This document shows, in pieces, positions 39,923 to 50,781 of a stretch of DNA of 64,000 nt. The notes under the pieces were generated by a model, which worked only from the letters and a program-made list of their open reading frames with translations, ran no database searches and was not told the DNA's origin. The position numbers and the translations under genes were made by a program. Every line of letters begins with the position of its first letter. The first letter of the stretch is position 1. This stretch comes from Candidatus Dojkabacteria bacterium. Lineage in GTDB: Bacteria; Patescibacteriota; Dojkabacteria; SC72. The stretch lies in NCBI GenBank assembly GCA_050950165.1, contig JBMNHC010000001.1, forward strand, positions 389,738 to 453,737. Reading direction: 5' to 3'.

Positions 39923-41293
39923 ATGGCTGTTCAGTTTAACTTTCTTGCTCCAAAGGGTTGGAAACCTAAGAATCCAGATAAAGACTACCTTATCACCTAC
40001 CTAGATATTGAATTAGCAGATGGAATAGGTGATGACAAGTTTAAAGATGCGGTTGCAAGTTGTGCAGCAGAGAGCTCTACTGGTACTTGGACAGAGGTTT
40101 TTGCTGGTAAAAATTCTGGTATTAAGATTGCAGAGAAACTGAAAGCAATTGCGTATGATTTAGATCCTAAAACTAAGACCTTTAAGATAGCCTACAAGAA
40201 AGAACTCTTTGAAGAAGGTAATATGGCAGGAATACTTGCTGGAGTAGCGGGTAATATCGATAGCATGAAGATGCTAAAAGCTTTTAGATTGATAGATATT
40301 AGGTTCCCTGAGAGTATAGTTAAGAGCTTTCCTGGTCCACAATTTGGGATATCAGGAGTTAGAGAGTTTCTAGATATTAAGAGTGGTCCCTTACTTTGTA
40401 CTGTACCTAAGCCTAAGGTAGGTAGAACTGCTAAAGAACAAGCAGAATTAGCTAAAATCCTCTTTACTGCAGGTGGTGGAGGATATCACGGTATTAAGGA
40501 CGATGAAAATCTAACAGATCTGTATTTTAATAGATTTAAGGAGAGATGTAAGAGAGTACATGCTGTAAGAAGAGATATTGAGAAGAAAAGTGGTAAGAAA
40601 AAATTCTACCTCTGTAACGTTACACATTCAGACCTTGATATTATGATGGATAGGGCAGAGATGATAGCAAATGAAGGTGGAAGGTGGATGATGTTGGATG
40701 TTGTTACAACAGGATTTAGTGCAGTACAAACGATGAGAAAATATAGTCCAGGGCTCGCTATTCATGCACATAGAGCTATGCACGGACTTCTAGACAGAGA
40801 GTCCGGTCCTGGTGTGTATGATAAAGGTGAGATATTAGATTTCTCTATGTCTATGGTCGTTATCGCAAAAATCATGAGACTACTAGGTGTAGACTCTCTA
40901 CATGGTGGAGCACCTAAGACAAAGATGGAGAACTACGGAGAGCCCAAATTAGTGCAAGAAACCTTACAATTGGATATTACACCAGAAGGTCCATTAACTT
41001 TAGGTCAGAATTGGTATGGTATGAAAGGTGTTTGGCATACAGCATCAGGAGGCTTACATGCAGGGACCGTAGGAGATTCAATTGTTCAACTTGGTGAGGA
41101 TATTATAATCCAGTCAGGAGGAGGTGTTTTAGGTCATCCATGGGGTATAGAGGCTGGTGTAGAAGCAATTGTACAAGCTACGAATATTGCAATGGAGAGA
41201 GGCGATATTAAGAAATGGATTCTTGATCATCCAGATTCAGCATTAGCTAAAGCTGCTGGACATTGGGGATTTGATCCTAGAATTGTCTATTAA
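39923..41293 (+). CDS. rbcL: RuBisCO large subunit, form III-like
   Basis: AAESSTGTWT, PKPKVG (K175/K177), IKDDEN (K201/D203/E204), IHAHRAMH, LHGG..TKME (H327/K334), ASGG, SGGGVLGHP. Confidence 0.93.
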   Translation: MAVQFNFLAPKGWKPKNPDKDYLITYLDIELADGIGDDKFKDAVASCAAESSTGTWTEVFAGKNSGIKIAEKLKAIAYDLDPKTKTFKIAYKKELFEEGNMAGILAGVAGNIDSMKMLKAFRLIDIRFPESIVKSFPGPQFGISGVREFLDIKSGPLLCTVPKPKVGRTAKEQAELAKILFTAGGGGYHGIKDDENLTDLYFNRFKERCKRVHAVRRDIEKKSGKKKFYLCNVTHSDLDIMMDRAEMIANEGGRWMMLDVVTTGFSAVQTMRKYSPGLAIHAHRAMHGLLDRESGPGVYDKGEILDFSMSMVVIAKIMRLLGVDSLHGGAPKTKMENYGEPKLVQETLQLDITPEGPLTLGQNWYGMKGVWHTASGGLHAGTVGDSIVQLGEDIIIQSGGGVLGHPWGIEAGVEAIVQATNIAMERGDIKKWILDHPDSALAKAAGHWGFDPRIVY

Positions 41294-41321
41294 CCCAATA
41301 TTGATGTAAAATACTTGTACT

Positions 41322-42788
41322 ATGTCAAACAGAGGAATAACACCAAGAAATGAAAACTACTCTAAATGGTACTTAGATATTGTAGAAGCAGCGCAGCTAG
41401 CAGAGAACTCATCTGTTAGAGGTTGTATGGTAATTAAACCGTATGGGTTTGCAATATGGGAAAACATACAAAAAGAGCTAGATAGAAGAATTAAAGAAAG
41501 TGGAGTAAGTAATGCATATTTTCCTCTTTTCATACCTCTTTCATTTCTTTCTAAAGAAGCAGATCATGTAAAAGGCTTTGCAAAAGAGTGTGCAGTTGTC
41601 ACACATTACAGATTAAAAGAGTCAGATGATGGTAGTGGTGTTGTTGCAGATCCAGATGCTAAGTTAGAGGAGGAGCTAGTTGTTAGACCTACTTCTGAAA
41701 CCATAATGTACGACACATTTTCTAGATGGATATCCTCATGGCGAGATCTACCTCTTAAAATTAACCAGTGGGCAAATATTGTTAGATGGGAGAAAAGAAC
41801 TAGAGTATTTTTAAGAACATCAGAATTTTTGTGGCAAGAAGGTCATACAGTACACGCTACAGAGCAAGAAGCAAAAGCAGAAGTACTAAGAGCATTAAAT
41901 ATGTATGTAGACTTTGCTAAAGAAGTACTAGCATTAGATGTATATTCAGGCAAAAAGTCAGAATCTGAGAAATTTGCAGGTGCAGTAGATACATATGGAG
42001 TAGAAGCTCTAATGCAAGACGGTAAAGCACTCCAGTTTGGGACATCTCATGACCTTGGACAGAATTTTGCAAAGGTATTTAATATCTCTTTTACAGACAG
42101 TGATGGCGAAAGAAAACTTCCATGGCAGACAAGTTGGGGAGTCAGTACAAGAATGATGGGAGGAATAGTGATGACTCATAGTGATGATTCTGGATTAGTT
42201 CTTCCTCCTAGAATTGCCCCTATAAAAGTAGTAATAATTCCAATATACAAGGATGAAAATAAGGAAGAGATTTTAAAATACTCAAGAGAGATTTACGAGA
42301 GACTTTTGGCAACAAACAAGGATGTAAAATTAGACGATAGAGATTTTCTCTCTCCTGGATCTAAGTACAACGAGTGGGAGAAGAAGGGGATACCTCTTAG
42401 AGTAGAGGTTGGAGCTAGGGAGTTAGAGTCTAATGAGGTCTGTGTAGTCAGAAGAGATAATGGTGAGCGAAGTAATTTCTTGACAGAGAGAGTAGGTGAG
42501 GAAATAGCGATATTACTAGATAAAATGCAAGAAGATCTTCTTAAAAACTCTTCTGAAATGCTTAAGAACAAAACATCTCAACCTTCTTCTTACGATGAAT
42601 TTAAAGAGATTCTAAGTAACGAAAAGGGCTTCATTAAAGCCTTTTGGTGTGGTAGCAAGGAGTGCGAAGAGAGTATTAAATATGAGACTAAAGCTACTAC
42701 CAGATGCCTAGCAGAACAATCAGAAGGTAGATGTATATATTGTAATCAACCAGCCAAACAGAAATGGCTATTTGCAATATCATATTAG
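41322..42788 (+). CDS. proS: Prolyl-tRNA synthetase (archaeal/eukaryotic type)
   Basis: VRGCMVIKPYG, VRPTSET, FLRTSEFLWQEGHT, QTSWGVSTR and a C-terminal Cys cluster. No large INS domain. Confidence 0.96.
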   Translation: MSNRGITPRNENYSKWYLDIVEAAQLAENSSVRGCMVIKPYGFAIWENIQKELDRRIKESGVSNAYFPLFIPLSFLSKEADHVKGFAKECAVVTHYRLKESDDGSGVVADPDAKLEEELVVRPTSETIMYDTFSRWISSWRDLPLKINQWANIVRWEKRTRVFLRTSEFLWQEGHTVHATEQEAKAEVLRALNMYVDFAKEVLALDVYSGKKSESEKFAGAVDTYGVEALMQDGKALQFGTSHDLGQNFAKVFNISFTDSDGERKLPWQTSWGVSTRMMGGIVMTHSDDSGLVLPPRIAPIKVVIIPIYKDENKEEILKYSREIYERLLATNKDVKLDDRDFLSPGSKYNEWEKKGIPLRVEVGARELESNEVCVVRRDNGERSNFLTERVGEEIAILLDKMQEDLLKNSSEMLKNKTSQPSSYDEFKEILSNEKGFIKAFWCGSKECEESIKYETKATTRCLAEQSEGRCIYCNQPAKQKWLFAISY

Positions 42789-42993
42789 TGAAACCATTGG
42801 CAATTTCGTAATTCCAAAATTCCTCGCTTTGTTTTCACTTGTTGAACTCTACAAAACAAAATATTGAACACCATCTCTGAAATACCCTATTAACAAAGTT
42901 TATAAAAACGTCATCAAAATGTATACTCTCATATTTCAGTCCTCTTGGGAAAGCTAGGTAGCAATTTAAACACAGAAGTTTCACTGTTGTAAG

Positions 42994-43470
42994 TTGTTAA
43001 TGATACAGGGTATAATAGAGAATAAAATATTAAAGACTATCGCTATGGAGATAGAGAGAAGAGAGTCTTTAGATGAGAGGGAGAAAGAGTGCTTGGTGTA
43101 TAGTTACGAGATTGTAAGAGCTGCTATTCAGAATGGTTGGAGAATTAAAATATTTCAAAGAGATGTTAACTTAAAATATCTGTATTCAATACTCTTGGAT
43201 ATAGAGATTGATCCTGATGCATTTTTCTCCTTCAAAGAGTTTTCTTCTAGAGAGAATGTTTTTAGTGCATATGATTGGGCTAGGGAAGTTCAGAAAACAG
43301 CCTCCGAAAAGTATGGGCTAGAGTGTAGGAATCTTACCGAAGCACTTAGTACTTTAGATATTGCGTATAAGGAAGATAATGAACCTTGGGAAGTATTTTC
43401 TAATAAAGAATTAGTAGATGTGGAGATAGAGTGTAGTAATATGATAAAAAAGATATATTCTTTAGAGTAA
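42994..43470 (+). CDS. Hypothetical acidic protein (start more likely ATG 43045)
   Basis: ORF with typical codon usage. TATAAT near 43011 favours the downstream ATG. Confidence 0.6.
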   Translation: MLMIQGIIENKILKTIAMEIERRESLDEREKECLVYSYEIVRAAIQNGWRIKIFQRDVNLKYLYSILLDIEIDPDAFFSFKEFSSRENVFSAYDWAREVQKTASEKYGLECRNLTEALSTLDIAYKEDNEPWEVFSNKELVDVEIECSNMIKKIYSLE

Positions 43471-46323
43471 TTTTTTCTTTAACCACTGACCAGTCCAACT
43501 ATTCTTGTTCTCGATGATATCCTCTACAGTACCCTGAGCAACTATCTCACCACCCCTGTCTCCTCCTTCTGGACCAAGATCAATAATCCAATCTGCGTAT
43601 CTAACGATATCTAAGTTGTGCTCAATGATAACAACTGTATTACCCTTAGAAACTAGTTTCTTAACTAAAGTTAACAACTTATCTATATCATAGAAGTGAA
43701 GTCCTGTAGTAGGTTCATCTAGAATGTATAGCGTATGTCCTCTAGTTTGTTTAGAAAGCTCCTTAGCTAACTTAATCCTCTGCGATTCTCCACCAGAGAG
43801 TGTAAGAGCAGATTGTCCAAGACAGATATATCCAAGCCCGACCTCTTGTAAAACTTTTAACTTGTTTCTTAAAATTGGAATATCCTTGAAGAATAGTAGG
43901 GCATTATCTACAGTCATTTCCAATATATCTGCAATATTTTTCCCTTTATAATCAATACTTAATGCATCACTATTATATCTTTTACCCTTACATTCATCAC
44001 AAAGGATATACATATCAGGTAAAAATTGCATTTCTACCTTAATCTGTCCATCTCCCTTACACTTCTCGCACCTTCCCCCCTTAATATTAAAGCTAAATCT
44101 ACCCGGTTTATACCCTCTTGCTCTAGCCTCCTGAGTTTGCGAAAAGATAGTCCTGATATATGTAAATAGCCCTGTATATGTAGCTGGATTAGACCTTGGA
44201 GTCTTTCCAATGGGTCTCTGATCAATTCCTATCACTTTATTAATATTATCTTGCCCTTCAATACCATCATACTCTCCCTCTATCTGTTTACCATGCATTT
44301 TAATGTTCATCAGAGCAGGATAGAGGGTATCGTTAATCAATGAGGATTTACCACTACCTGAAACACCAGTGATACAGGTTAGTGTATTGAGCGGAATACC
44401 AACATCTATATTTTTTAAGTTGTGAGTTCTTACTCCATTAATCTTAAGGATCTTTTTCTCAGGAGATATTAAAAATTTCTCCTCTTTTATATTCAGTCCT
44501 ACCCTAAGAGTTTTCTGCAAGTATTTGGCAGTCAGAGAGCCGCTTTGCTTAACCTTATTTATATCTCCCTCTACTACAACTTCTCCACCCTGATCTCCTG
44601 CTTTCGGCCCTATATCTACTATCCAATCTGCTCTGTTCATTGTCTCCTCATCATGCTCTACAACTATAACTGTATTACCACTATCTCTTAAAGATTCAAT
44701 GGATATCAGAAGCTTATCTATATCTCTAGGGTGGAGCCCGATTGAAGGCTCATCTAGGACATAGAGAACTCCTGAAAGCCCTGTCCCTATCTGCGAAGCT
44801 AAACGAATTCTTTGAGATTCACCACCTGAGAGAGTATTTGCTCTACGAGAGAGTGTAATATATGTTAATCCAACATTAGAGAGAAACTCTAATCTATTGT
44901 CTATCTCTTTTAATATCGGCTTAGCAATCTCTTTATCATTACCTTTTAAATTTAAGTTCTTTAAATATGTTTTTAATGTCTCTATATTCAAATTAGTCAT
45001 CTGAATAATGTTGTAATCTCCTACTGTTACACCAAGAGAGTAAGCCTTTAGCCTATTACCATGACACATATCACAAGTTCTTTCTGTCATGAACTTCTCA
45101 ATCTCAGCACGTCTAAATTCCGAATCTGTTTCTTTGTAAAGCCTTTTAAGCTCATCTACAACCCCTTCATATTGAGTATCATATATTCTCTCTCTACCAA
45201 ACCTATTTGTATATCTAATTCTGTACGACTCTTTTGCTCCCTTTGTAAAGAAAATGAGGTTGAAAATCTCCTCAGGATATTTTCCAATTGGAGTTTTAAA
45301 ATCAAAGTAATGTTCTTTAGCTACTGCATCTAGTACCCTTTTTGTCCAAGAATCCTTTGTAGTTTTATTCCCCCAAGGAAATATTCCTCCCTCATCGATT
45401 GTTAAATTAGGATTATATATCTTAGATATATCTATCTCGTTAAGAATTCCTAGTCCAGAGCACTTAGGGCATGCACCTTCAGGAGCATTAAATGAAAAGG
45501 AGGCAGGAGATATCTTAGGAAAGGAGAGCTCACATTTAAAACAGGTATTTTTCTCTGAAAAGAAGTACTCTTTATCCTCTATCTTTACTTTAATTTCTCC
45601 ATCACTAAGAGAAGCAGAAAGCTCTACAGAGTCAGTAAGTCTTTTTAAGAACGAACTTCTATCCTCCTTTAGCATTCGGCTTGTTAATCTGTCAACCAGT
45701 AGATCTATATGATGCTTAACATTAGAATTGATATTTAAATCTTCTACATCATCTAGGTGGTAGAGATTCCCATCAATTATTACTCTAGAAAAACCCTTAA
45801 GTTGTAATCTAGAGAGTAAACCCTTGTATTCTCCCTTTCTACCCTTAACAAGAGGCGCTAATATTTGAAATTTGTACTCCCCTTTGGATACTCTTTTTAC
45901 AATCTGTTTGACTATTTCCTGAATACTTTGTGAAGAAATTAGTGTTCCACAGTTTGGACAGTGTGCTTTCCCTATATGCCCAAACAACAATCTGAGGTAT
46001 CCGTAAATCTCTGTAATGGTACCTACCGTGGAACGAGGGTTCGTACTAGTAGTTTTTTGATCAATTGATATCGAAGGAGAGAGACCTGTGATTGAATCTA
46101 CATCTGGTTTATGCATTAAACCAAGAAACTGTCTTGCATATGAGGAGAGTGACTCAACATATCTTCTTTGCCCTTCAGCGTAGAGAGTATCGAAAGCTAG
46201 TGAAGATTTTCCACTACCTGAAACTCCCGTAAATACAATTAATTTGTTTTTTGGAAGATTAAGAGAGACATTTTTCAAGTTATGCTCTCTTGCTCCCTTA
46301 ATTTTTATATATTCTTGTTCCAT
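43462..46323 (-). CDS. uvrA: Excinuclease ABC subunit A
   Basis: GAREHNLKN, two GVSGSGKSS Walker A motifs, two LSGGESQRI signatures, zinc fingers. Confidence 0.98.
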   Translation of the reverse strand: MEQEYIKIKGAREHNLKNVSLNLPKNKLIVFTGVSGSGKSSLAFDTLYAEGQRRYVESLSSYARQFLGLMHKPDVDSITGLSPSISIDQKTTSTNPRSTVGTITEIYGYLRLLFGHIGKAHCPNCGTLISSQSIQEIVKQIVKRVSKGEYKFQILAPLVKGRKGEYKGLLSRLQLKGFSRVIIDGNLYHLDDVEDLNINSNVKHHIDLLVDRLTSRMLKEDRSSFLKRLTDSVELSASLSDGEIKVKIEDKEYFFSEKNTCFKCELSFPKISPASFSFNAPEGACPKCSGLGILNEIDISKIYNPNLTIDEGGIFPWGNKTTKDSWTKRVLDAVAKEHYFDFKTPIGKYPEEIFNLIFFTKGAKESYRIRYTNRFGRERIYDTQYEGVVDELKRLYKETDSEFRRAEIEKFMTERTCDMCHGNRLKAYSLGVTVGDYNIIQMTNLNIETLKTYLKNLNLKGNDKEIAKPILKEIDNRLEFLSNVGLTYITLSRRANTLSGGESQRIRLASQIGTGLSGVLYVLDEPSIGLHPRDIDKLLISIESLRDSGNTVIVVEHDEETMNRADWIVDIGPKAGDQGGEVVVEGDINKVKQSGSLTAKYLQKTLRVGLNIKEEKFLISPEKKILKINGVRTHNLKNIDVGIPLNTLTCITGVSGSGKSSLINDTLYPALMNIKMHGKQIEGEYDGIEGQDNINKVIGIDQRPIGKTPRSNPATYTGLFTYIRTIFSQTQEARARGYKPGRFSFNIKGGRCEKCKGDGQIKVEMQFLPDMYILCDECKGKRYNSDALSIDYKGKNIADILEMTVDNALLFFKDIPILRNKLKVLQEVGLGYICLGQSALTLSGGESQRIKLAKELSKQTRGHTLYILDEPTTGLHFYDIDKLLTLVKKLVSKGNTVVIIEHNLDIVRYADWIIDLGPEGGDRGGEIVAQGTVEDIIENKNSWTGQWLKKKLL

Positions 46324-46417
46324 GCAACCCTTATTATACCACTATATCTCCAAATTAAAGAATTCATACCATTATTTAACGATTAAGCCTTGGATGGTAT
46401 AATGGGGGCGGAAAAAT

Positions 46418-46491
46418 GCACCCGTAGCTCAATTGGATAGAGCAACGCACTCCTAACGCGTAGGTTACTGGTTCGATTCCGGTCGGGTGCG
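46418..46491 (+). tRNA. tRNA-Arg(CCT)
   Basis: GCACCCG/CGGGTGC acceptor, anticodon loop CTCCTAA (one A-C mismatch in the stem), TGGTATAAT upstream. Confidence 0.9.
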
Positions 46492-46507
46492 TATTAGGGT
46501 ATAATGT

Positions 46508-48127
46508 ATGGAAGATATGGCAAAGAAAGTAAAAGTAGAAGAATTAAAAGCCCCAGACAGAGTAGATGGTTATCCCGTACAAACCCCTATTTGGCTAAGG
46601 AGATTTTTAGAGATAGTTCCTGGCTTACTAGCTTGGTTTTTTATTCTCTCCCCCCTCATATTTACATTGATGGGATGGGAGAAAGTTCTTGTCTTTTATA
46701 TCTCTTTCCTAATCATTTACTGGGTATACAGAGGTATTAAGTTTGTTATAGGGATTGGTATTGGAGTGCATAGGATGCACGAGGCACAAGCTACCGACTT
46801 TATAAGTAAGATAAAAGAGGTAAATGAAGAGGAATTCAACAAGATTAACTACATATATCTCTGTCCTGTATATAAGGAGGGGATGGATGTACTAGATCCT
46901 TCATTTAAGGCATGGAGTAAAAGTGATGTAGGAGCAAACAAGATTCATGTTGTAGTTGCAATGGAAGAGAGAACAGCAGAGGATATACAGATTCCTAACT
47001 TTGAAATATTAAAAAAGAGATATGGTAAAAAATTTGCAAGTATGCAGTACTATATCCACCCTAAAGATATCGCAGGAGAAGCAACAGGAGTCAAAGGAGC
47101 AAATATTAACTGGGCAACAAGAAAGTATGTAGAGAAGTTGGAGTCTGAAGGAAAAGATATCTCTAAGTATCTTCTAATTACCTGTGATTGTGACTTACGA
47201 CCAGATCCTAAATATCTATCAGCAATTACTTATAAATACCTAACTGTAGAAAATCCTCAGAAGAAATATTTTACAAGTGCAGTATATACTTTAAACAACA
47301 ATATATGGAGAGTACCAACCTTAATACGAGTACAGTCCTTTATGCTAACTCTTGTAATGCTACATTTATGGACAACTGGTAAGTATGACTATTTACCATT
47401 TTTTAAACATACATTTAGTTTAAAAGAGACATTTTCTTCGTATGTAGTAAATTTGAAAACTTTGAAAGATATTCATTACTGGGATCCACAGTTGGGTATA
47501 GATGATTCTACATTCTTTTGGAATGCCCTTGTTAGATACAAAGGAGAGTTTCTTGGTGAAGAGGTATATATTCCAACCCATAGTGATGCTGTAGAGAATG
47601 AGACTTTGGTGAAATCGTACAAGTCATTCTACAAACAGCAACATAGATGGGGTTGGGGAGTAATTGTTTTTCCTACGACAGTTGCAGCATTACTGTATGA
47701 TAAAGAGATACCATTTTTTAAAAAAGTGTATGTTATTTTCGGTATGTATAGAACATATATCTTTTTTGCAACAGTAGTATATCTGATGACATTCGGTTTA
47801 AGTTTGTTAGGCCTTTTTAGTAAAGATTATCTATTTAGTTCTGCATCTTACAACCTTCCTAATGCAATGAGTTTCCTATTAACAATACTTCTCTTCTGTA
47901 ACATTTTTATTATCTATTACAGAAGGCAGATTATACCTGTACCTAAAGGTTGGAAGTGGTACAGACACCTATTTGATTTTGTAGAGGTAGCTCTAATCGC
48001 TGTACAGATGCTCTCCTTTGGATTTATTCCGTATATACAAGCATATACAGAGATGATGTTTGGTAAAGGCTTTAAGAAGAACTTCTATGCTACAGACAAA
48101 GTTAGAATGGAGAAGAAGAAGTCTTAG
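46508..48127 (+). CDS. Membrane glycosyltransferase family 2 (processive-type)
   Basis: PVYKE, KGANIN, DCD, IDD, QQHRW (QxxRW) and N- and C-terminal TM helices. Confidence 0.85.
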   Translation: MEDMAKKVKVEELKAPDRVDGYPVQTPIWLRRFLEIVPGLLAWFFILSPLIFTLMGWEKVLVFYISFLIIYWVYRGIKFVIGIGIGVHRMHEAQATDFISKIKEVNEEEFNKINYIYLCPVYKEGMDVLDPSFKAWSKSDVGANKIHVVVAMEERTAEDIQIPNFEILKKRYGKKFASMQYYIHPKDIAGEATGVKGANINWATRKYVEKLESEGKDISKYLLITCDCDLRPDPKYLSAITYKYLTVENPQKKYFTSAVYTLNNNIWRVPTLIRVQSFMLTLVMLHLWTTGKYDYLPFFKHTFSLKETFSSYVVNLKTLKDIHYWDPQLGIDDSTFFWNALVRYKGEFLGEEVYIPTHSDAVENETLVKSYKSFYKQQHRWGWGVIVFPTTVAALLYDKEIPFFKKVYVIFGMYRTYIFFATVVYLMTFGLSLLGLFSKDYLFSSASYNLPNAMSFLLTILLFCNIFIIYYRRQIIPVPKGWKWYRHLFDFVEVALIAVQMLSFGFIPYIQAYTEMMFGKGFKKNFYATDKVRMEKKKS

Positions 48128-49680
48128 TGTATTACATGTTTATCTATACTTATTGGCTCTAGTAAGTCAGTACTACCTACTGATACTGTATATATATATT
48201 CTCTAGAGGGACTTACTCCAAAATATCTGTACTTCTCTATCTCATCTAATACCTTAGTTTTGTTTTCACCCTCTTGATCAGAGATATACAGAGAGTTCTC
48301 TTCTGTATAGTAGATGTAAAGAGAATTAGATAACCAATTTATACTATCCGTGTTATTTACATTCTCTATCTTCTTAGATCCTATCTCTACATTAGGATCG
48401 TTGTCTGGATTTAGGAAAGTAAACACACCATATCCTATGTCATTCTTGTATATTAACTTAGTATTATCTGATGAAAACTTAACCAATTTAGATGAGTAGG
48501 GCGATATTAAATGATACCTTTTTGTCTTTATGTTATACCAGTATGAAGCTGTATCTGTTAGAATGAATACGCCTTGTCCCTCTTGACTAACTGTAATATC
48601 TACTATCGCTCCAACACTCCTTGTACTAGCAGTAGAGTTTGCAAACTCCATATATTTATTTGGAGAATCTTCCTCAATATACTTAGTTATATATTCCTTG
48701 TTCTTTTGAAAAAAGAGATCTTGTATTAATACCTTAGGATTCGATCCATCCATCTCCTCCTGTATTAAAACATATGCATAGACTCTCTCTGTTTCATTCT
48801 CCTTTGCAGTTTGTATAAGGTAGAAGTATCCCTGTTTGTCAGTACTCCATACATATTTCTTCCCTTTTTCTTTCTTAAGTAAGAGACTTCTACTTAATCT
48901 CTCTACATTAAAAGATATTAAGTCTAAATTTGATTCAAATATTAAATGCTTGCTATCCTTAGACCAAGATATTTCATATCCAGAGAAAGGAGAGATATCA
49001 ATGACCTTAGCCTGCTCAGCAGACACTATCCTAGTAGTATCTAAAATATATGTAGTAGCACTAGTCTCATTTTTAAGTAGTACATATTGACCGTTAGGAG
49101 AAGGTAGCAAAGAGAAAGTATTCTCTTCTGGCAAACTAGTGGTAAATATTACCTTAGGATTTGTACTTAGATCCCAGAATGTAGTATCTGTGTTGTATAT
49201 CCAAAGTTCATATGTAAAGAGAGTATCCTCTTCGTTGTGGGTAGAAGTTAGTATCAATATCCTGTTCTCTTCCTCATTTATCCAGCTATTTACATATCTT
49301 TTCCCCTCAAGTGAAGCAATATTAGAACTAACAATATTCTCTTTAATTAACCATGGATATACAGTAGTAGATTTCTCCTCCTTTATACTTACACTCTTTC
49401 TCCATTCAAAATATCTATCTTTTTTTACAGAGATATTGTATACTCCTACATTCAAACTAGCACTCTTTGGAGTTCTCCCCTTACTCTTGTCCTCTATGGT
49501 AAGGTTTGCTAGAAAAGGGTCAGATTCTACAGTAAGTACTCCCGTTTTTAATACCTGTTGATTAAGAGGATCTATTCTCCAACCATTAGCATAAAGATAT
49601 ATTAATACGGCTCCTGTATATACAATCAGAGTGCTTAGTATGGAAAGAATTTTTATCTTCTTTGAACTGTCCTTGTTCAT
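48124..49680 (-). CDS. PEGA-domain membrane-anchored protein with probable beta-propeller
   Basis: N-terminal TM, YANGWR..KTGVLTVESDP..GRTP..GVYNISVKKDRYFEWRK and repeated WSxD/FSSD motifs. Confidence 0.78.
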   Translation of the reverse strand: MNKDSSKKIKILSILSTLIVYTGAVLIYLYANGWRIDPLNQQVLKTGVLTVESDPFLANLTIEDKSKGRTPKSASLNVGVYNISVKKDRYFEWRKSVSIKEEKSTTVYPWLIKENIVSSNIASLEGKRYVNSWINEEENRILILTSTHNEEDTLFTYELWIYNTDTTFWDLSTNPKVIFTTSLPEENTFSLLPSPNGQYVLLKNETSATTYILDTTRIVSAEQAKVIDISPFSGYEISWSKDSKHLIFESNLDLISFNVERLSRSLLLKKEKGKKYVWSTDKQGYFYLIQTAKENETERVYAYVLIQEEMDGSNPKVLIQDLFFQKNKEYITKYIEEDSPNKYMEFANSTASTRSVGAIVDITVSQEGQGVFILTDTASYWYNIKTKRYHLISPYSSKLVKFSSDNTKLIYKNDIGYGVFTFLNPDNDPNVEIGSKKIENVNNTDSINWLSNSLYIYYTEENSLYISDQEGENKTKVLDEIEKYRYFGVSPSREYIYTVSVGSTDLLEPISIDKHVIH

Positions 49681-49752
49681 AGCGATTAAAGTATATCATA
49701 TATTCAAGTAAAGTAATTTACTCAAAACTTTTTGTAATGATATAATCAAGAC

Positions 49753-50769
49753 ATGTTAGGAAAGAAATTAGGTATCGATTTAGGTACTGCAAACTCAATA
49801 ATATTTGTTCAAGGTGAAGGTATTGCTTTTGTAGAACCTACTGTTGTTGCCATTGATACTAGTAATTACAAGGTAATAGCGGTAGGCTCCGATGCTAAGA
49901 GAATGATAGGTAAAACTCCAGATAGTATCATTGCAAGAAGACCGATGAGAAATGGTGTAATTGCAGATTCAAGAGTGACTGAGGCACTACTTAAATATTT
50001 TTTGAATAAAGCTTTAGGTAGAGCTAAGTTCTTTAAACCTGATGTGGTAATGAGTGTGCCTGCAGGTATTACAACTGTAGAGCAAAGAGCAGTAATTAAA
50101 GCGGCATCTAATGCAGGAGCAAGGCAAGTGACAATGCTTCCAGAACCTCTTCTGGCTTCTTTAGGTGCAGGATTGCCAATTGAAACATCTTCTGGAAATA
50201 TGATTGTTAACTTAGGGGGAGGTACTGCTGAGATAGCGGTTCTTTCTCTAGATGGTATTGTTGAATATGATTCACTTAGGATAGCGGGTGATGCTATCAA
50301 CGAGGCAATTATCAACTATATGCGTAAGAAAAAGGGAGTATTAATTGGAGAGCAAACAGCAGAGAACATTAAAATTAGAATTGGGTCTGCAATAGAGGTA
50401 AGTAATCCAAGGAGTATGGAGGTAAGGGGTAGGGATGTAGGTGCTGGATTACCTAAGGCAATTAATATTGATTCTAACGATATTGCATATGCAGTAAAGA
50501 GGCCTCTGTTGAGTATAATAAATAGTATAAAAGGGGTATTGGAGAAAACTCCTCCAGAACTTTCTGCTGATATAATGGATAGGGGAATGGTAATGAGTGG
50601 AGGGACTTCTAAGCTTAGGAATTTAGACAAGCTATTTACAAGAGCGATAGGGGTGCCTGCTCATGTTGCAGATGAGCCTATGTATTGCGTTGTGAAGGGA
50701 ACAGGTATAGCATTAGAGTTGATGGCTACAGGAGAGAGGGTGTTTACGTTTAATAAGGGTTTAAATTAA
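49753..50769 (+). CDS. mreB: Rod shape-determining protein MreB (actin-like)
   Basis: GIDLGTANS, EPTVVA, RPMRNGVIAD, NLGGGTAEIA, LEKTPPELSADI, SGGTS. Confidence 0.95.
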   Translation: MLGKKLGIDLGTANSIIFVQGEGIAFVEPTVVAIDTSNYKVIAVGSDAKRMIGKTPDSIIARRPMRNGVIADSRVTEALLKYFLNKALGRAKFFKPDVVMSVPAGITTVEQRAVIKAASNAGARQVTMLPEPLLASLGAGLPIETSSGNMIVNLGGGTAEIAVLSLDGIVEYDSLRIAGDAINEAIINYMRKKKGVLIGEQTAENIKIRIGSAIEVSNPRSMEVRGRDVGAGLPKAINIDSNDIAYAVKRPLLSIINSIKGVLEKTPPELSADIMDRGMVMSGGTSKLRNLDKLFTRAIGVPAHVADEPMYCVVKGTGIALELMATGERVFTFNKGLN

Positions 50770-50781
50770 AAAAGAGTTTTA

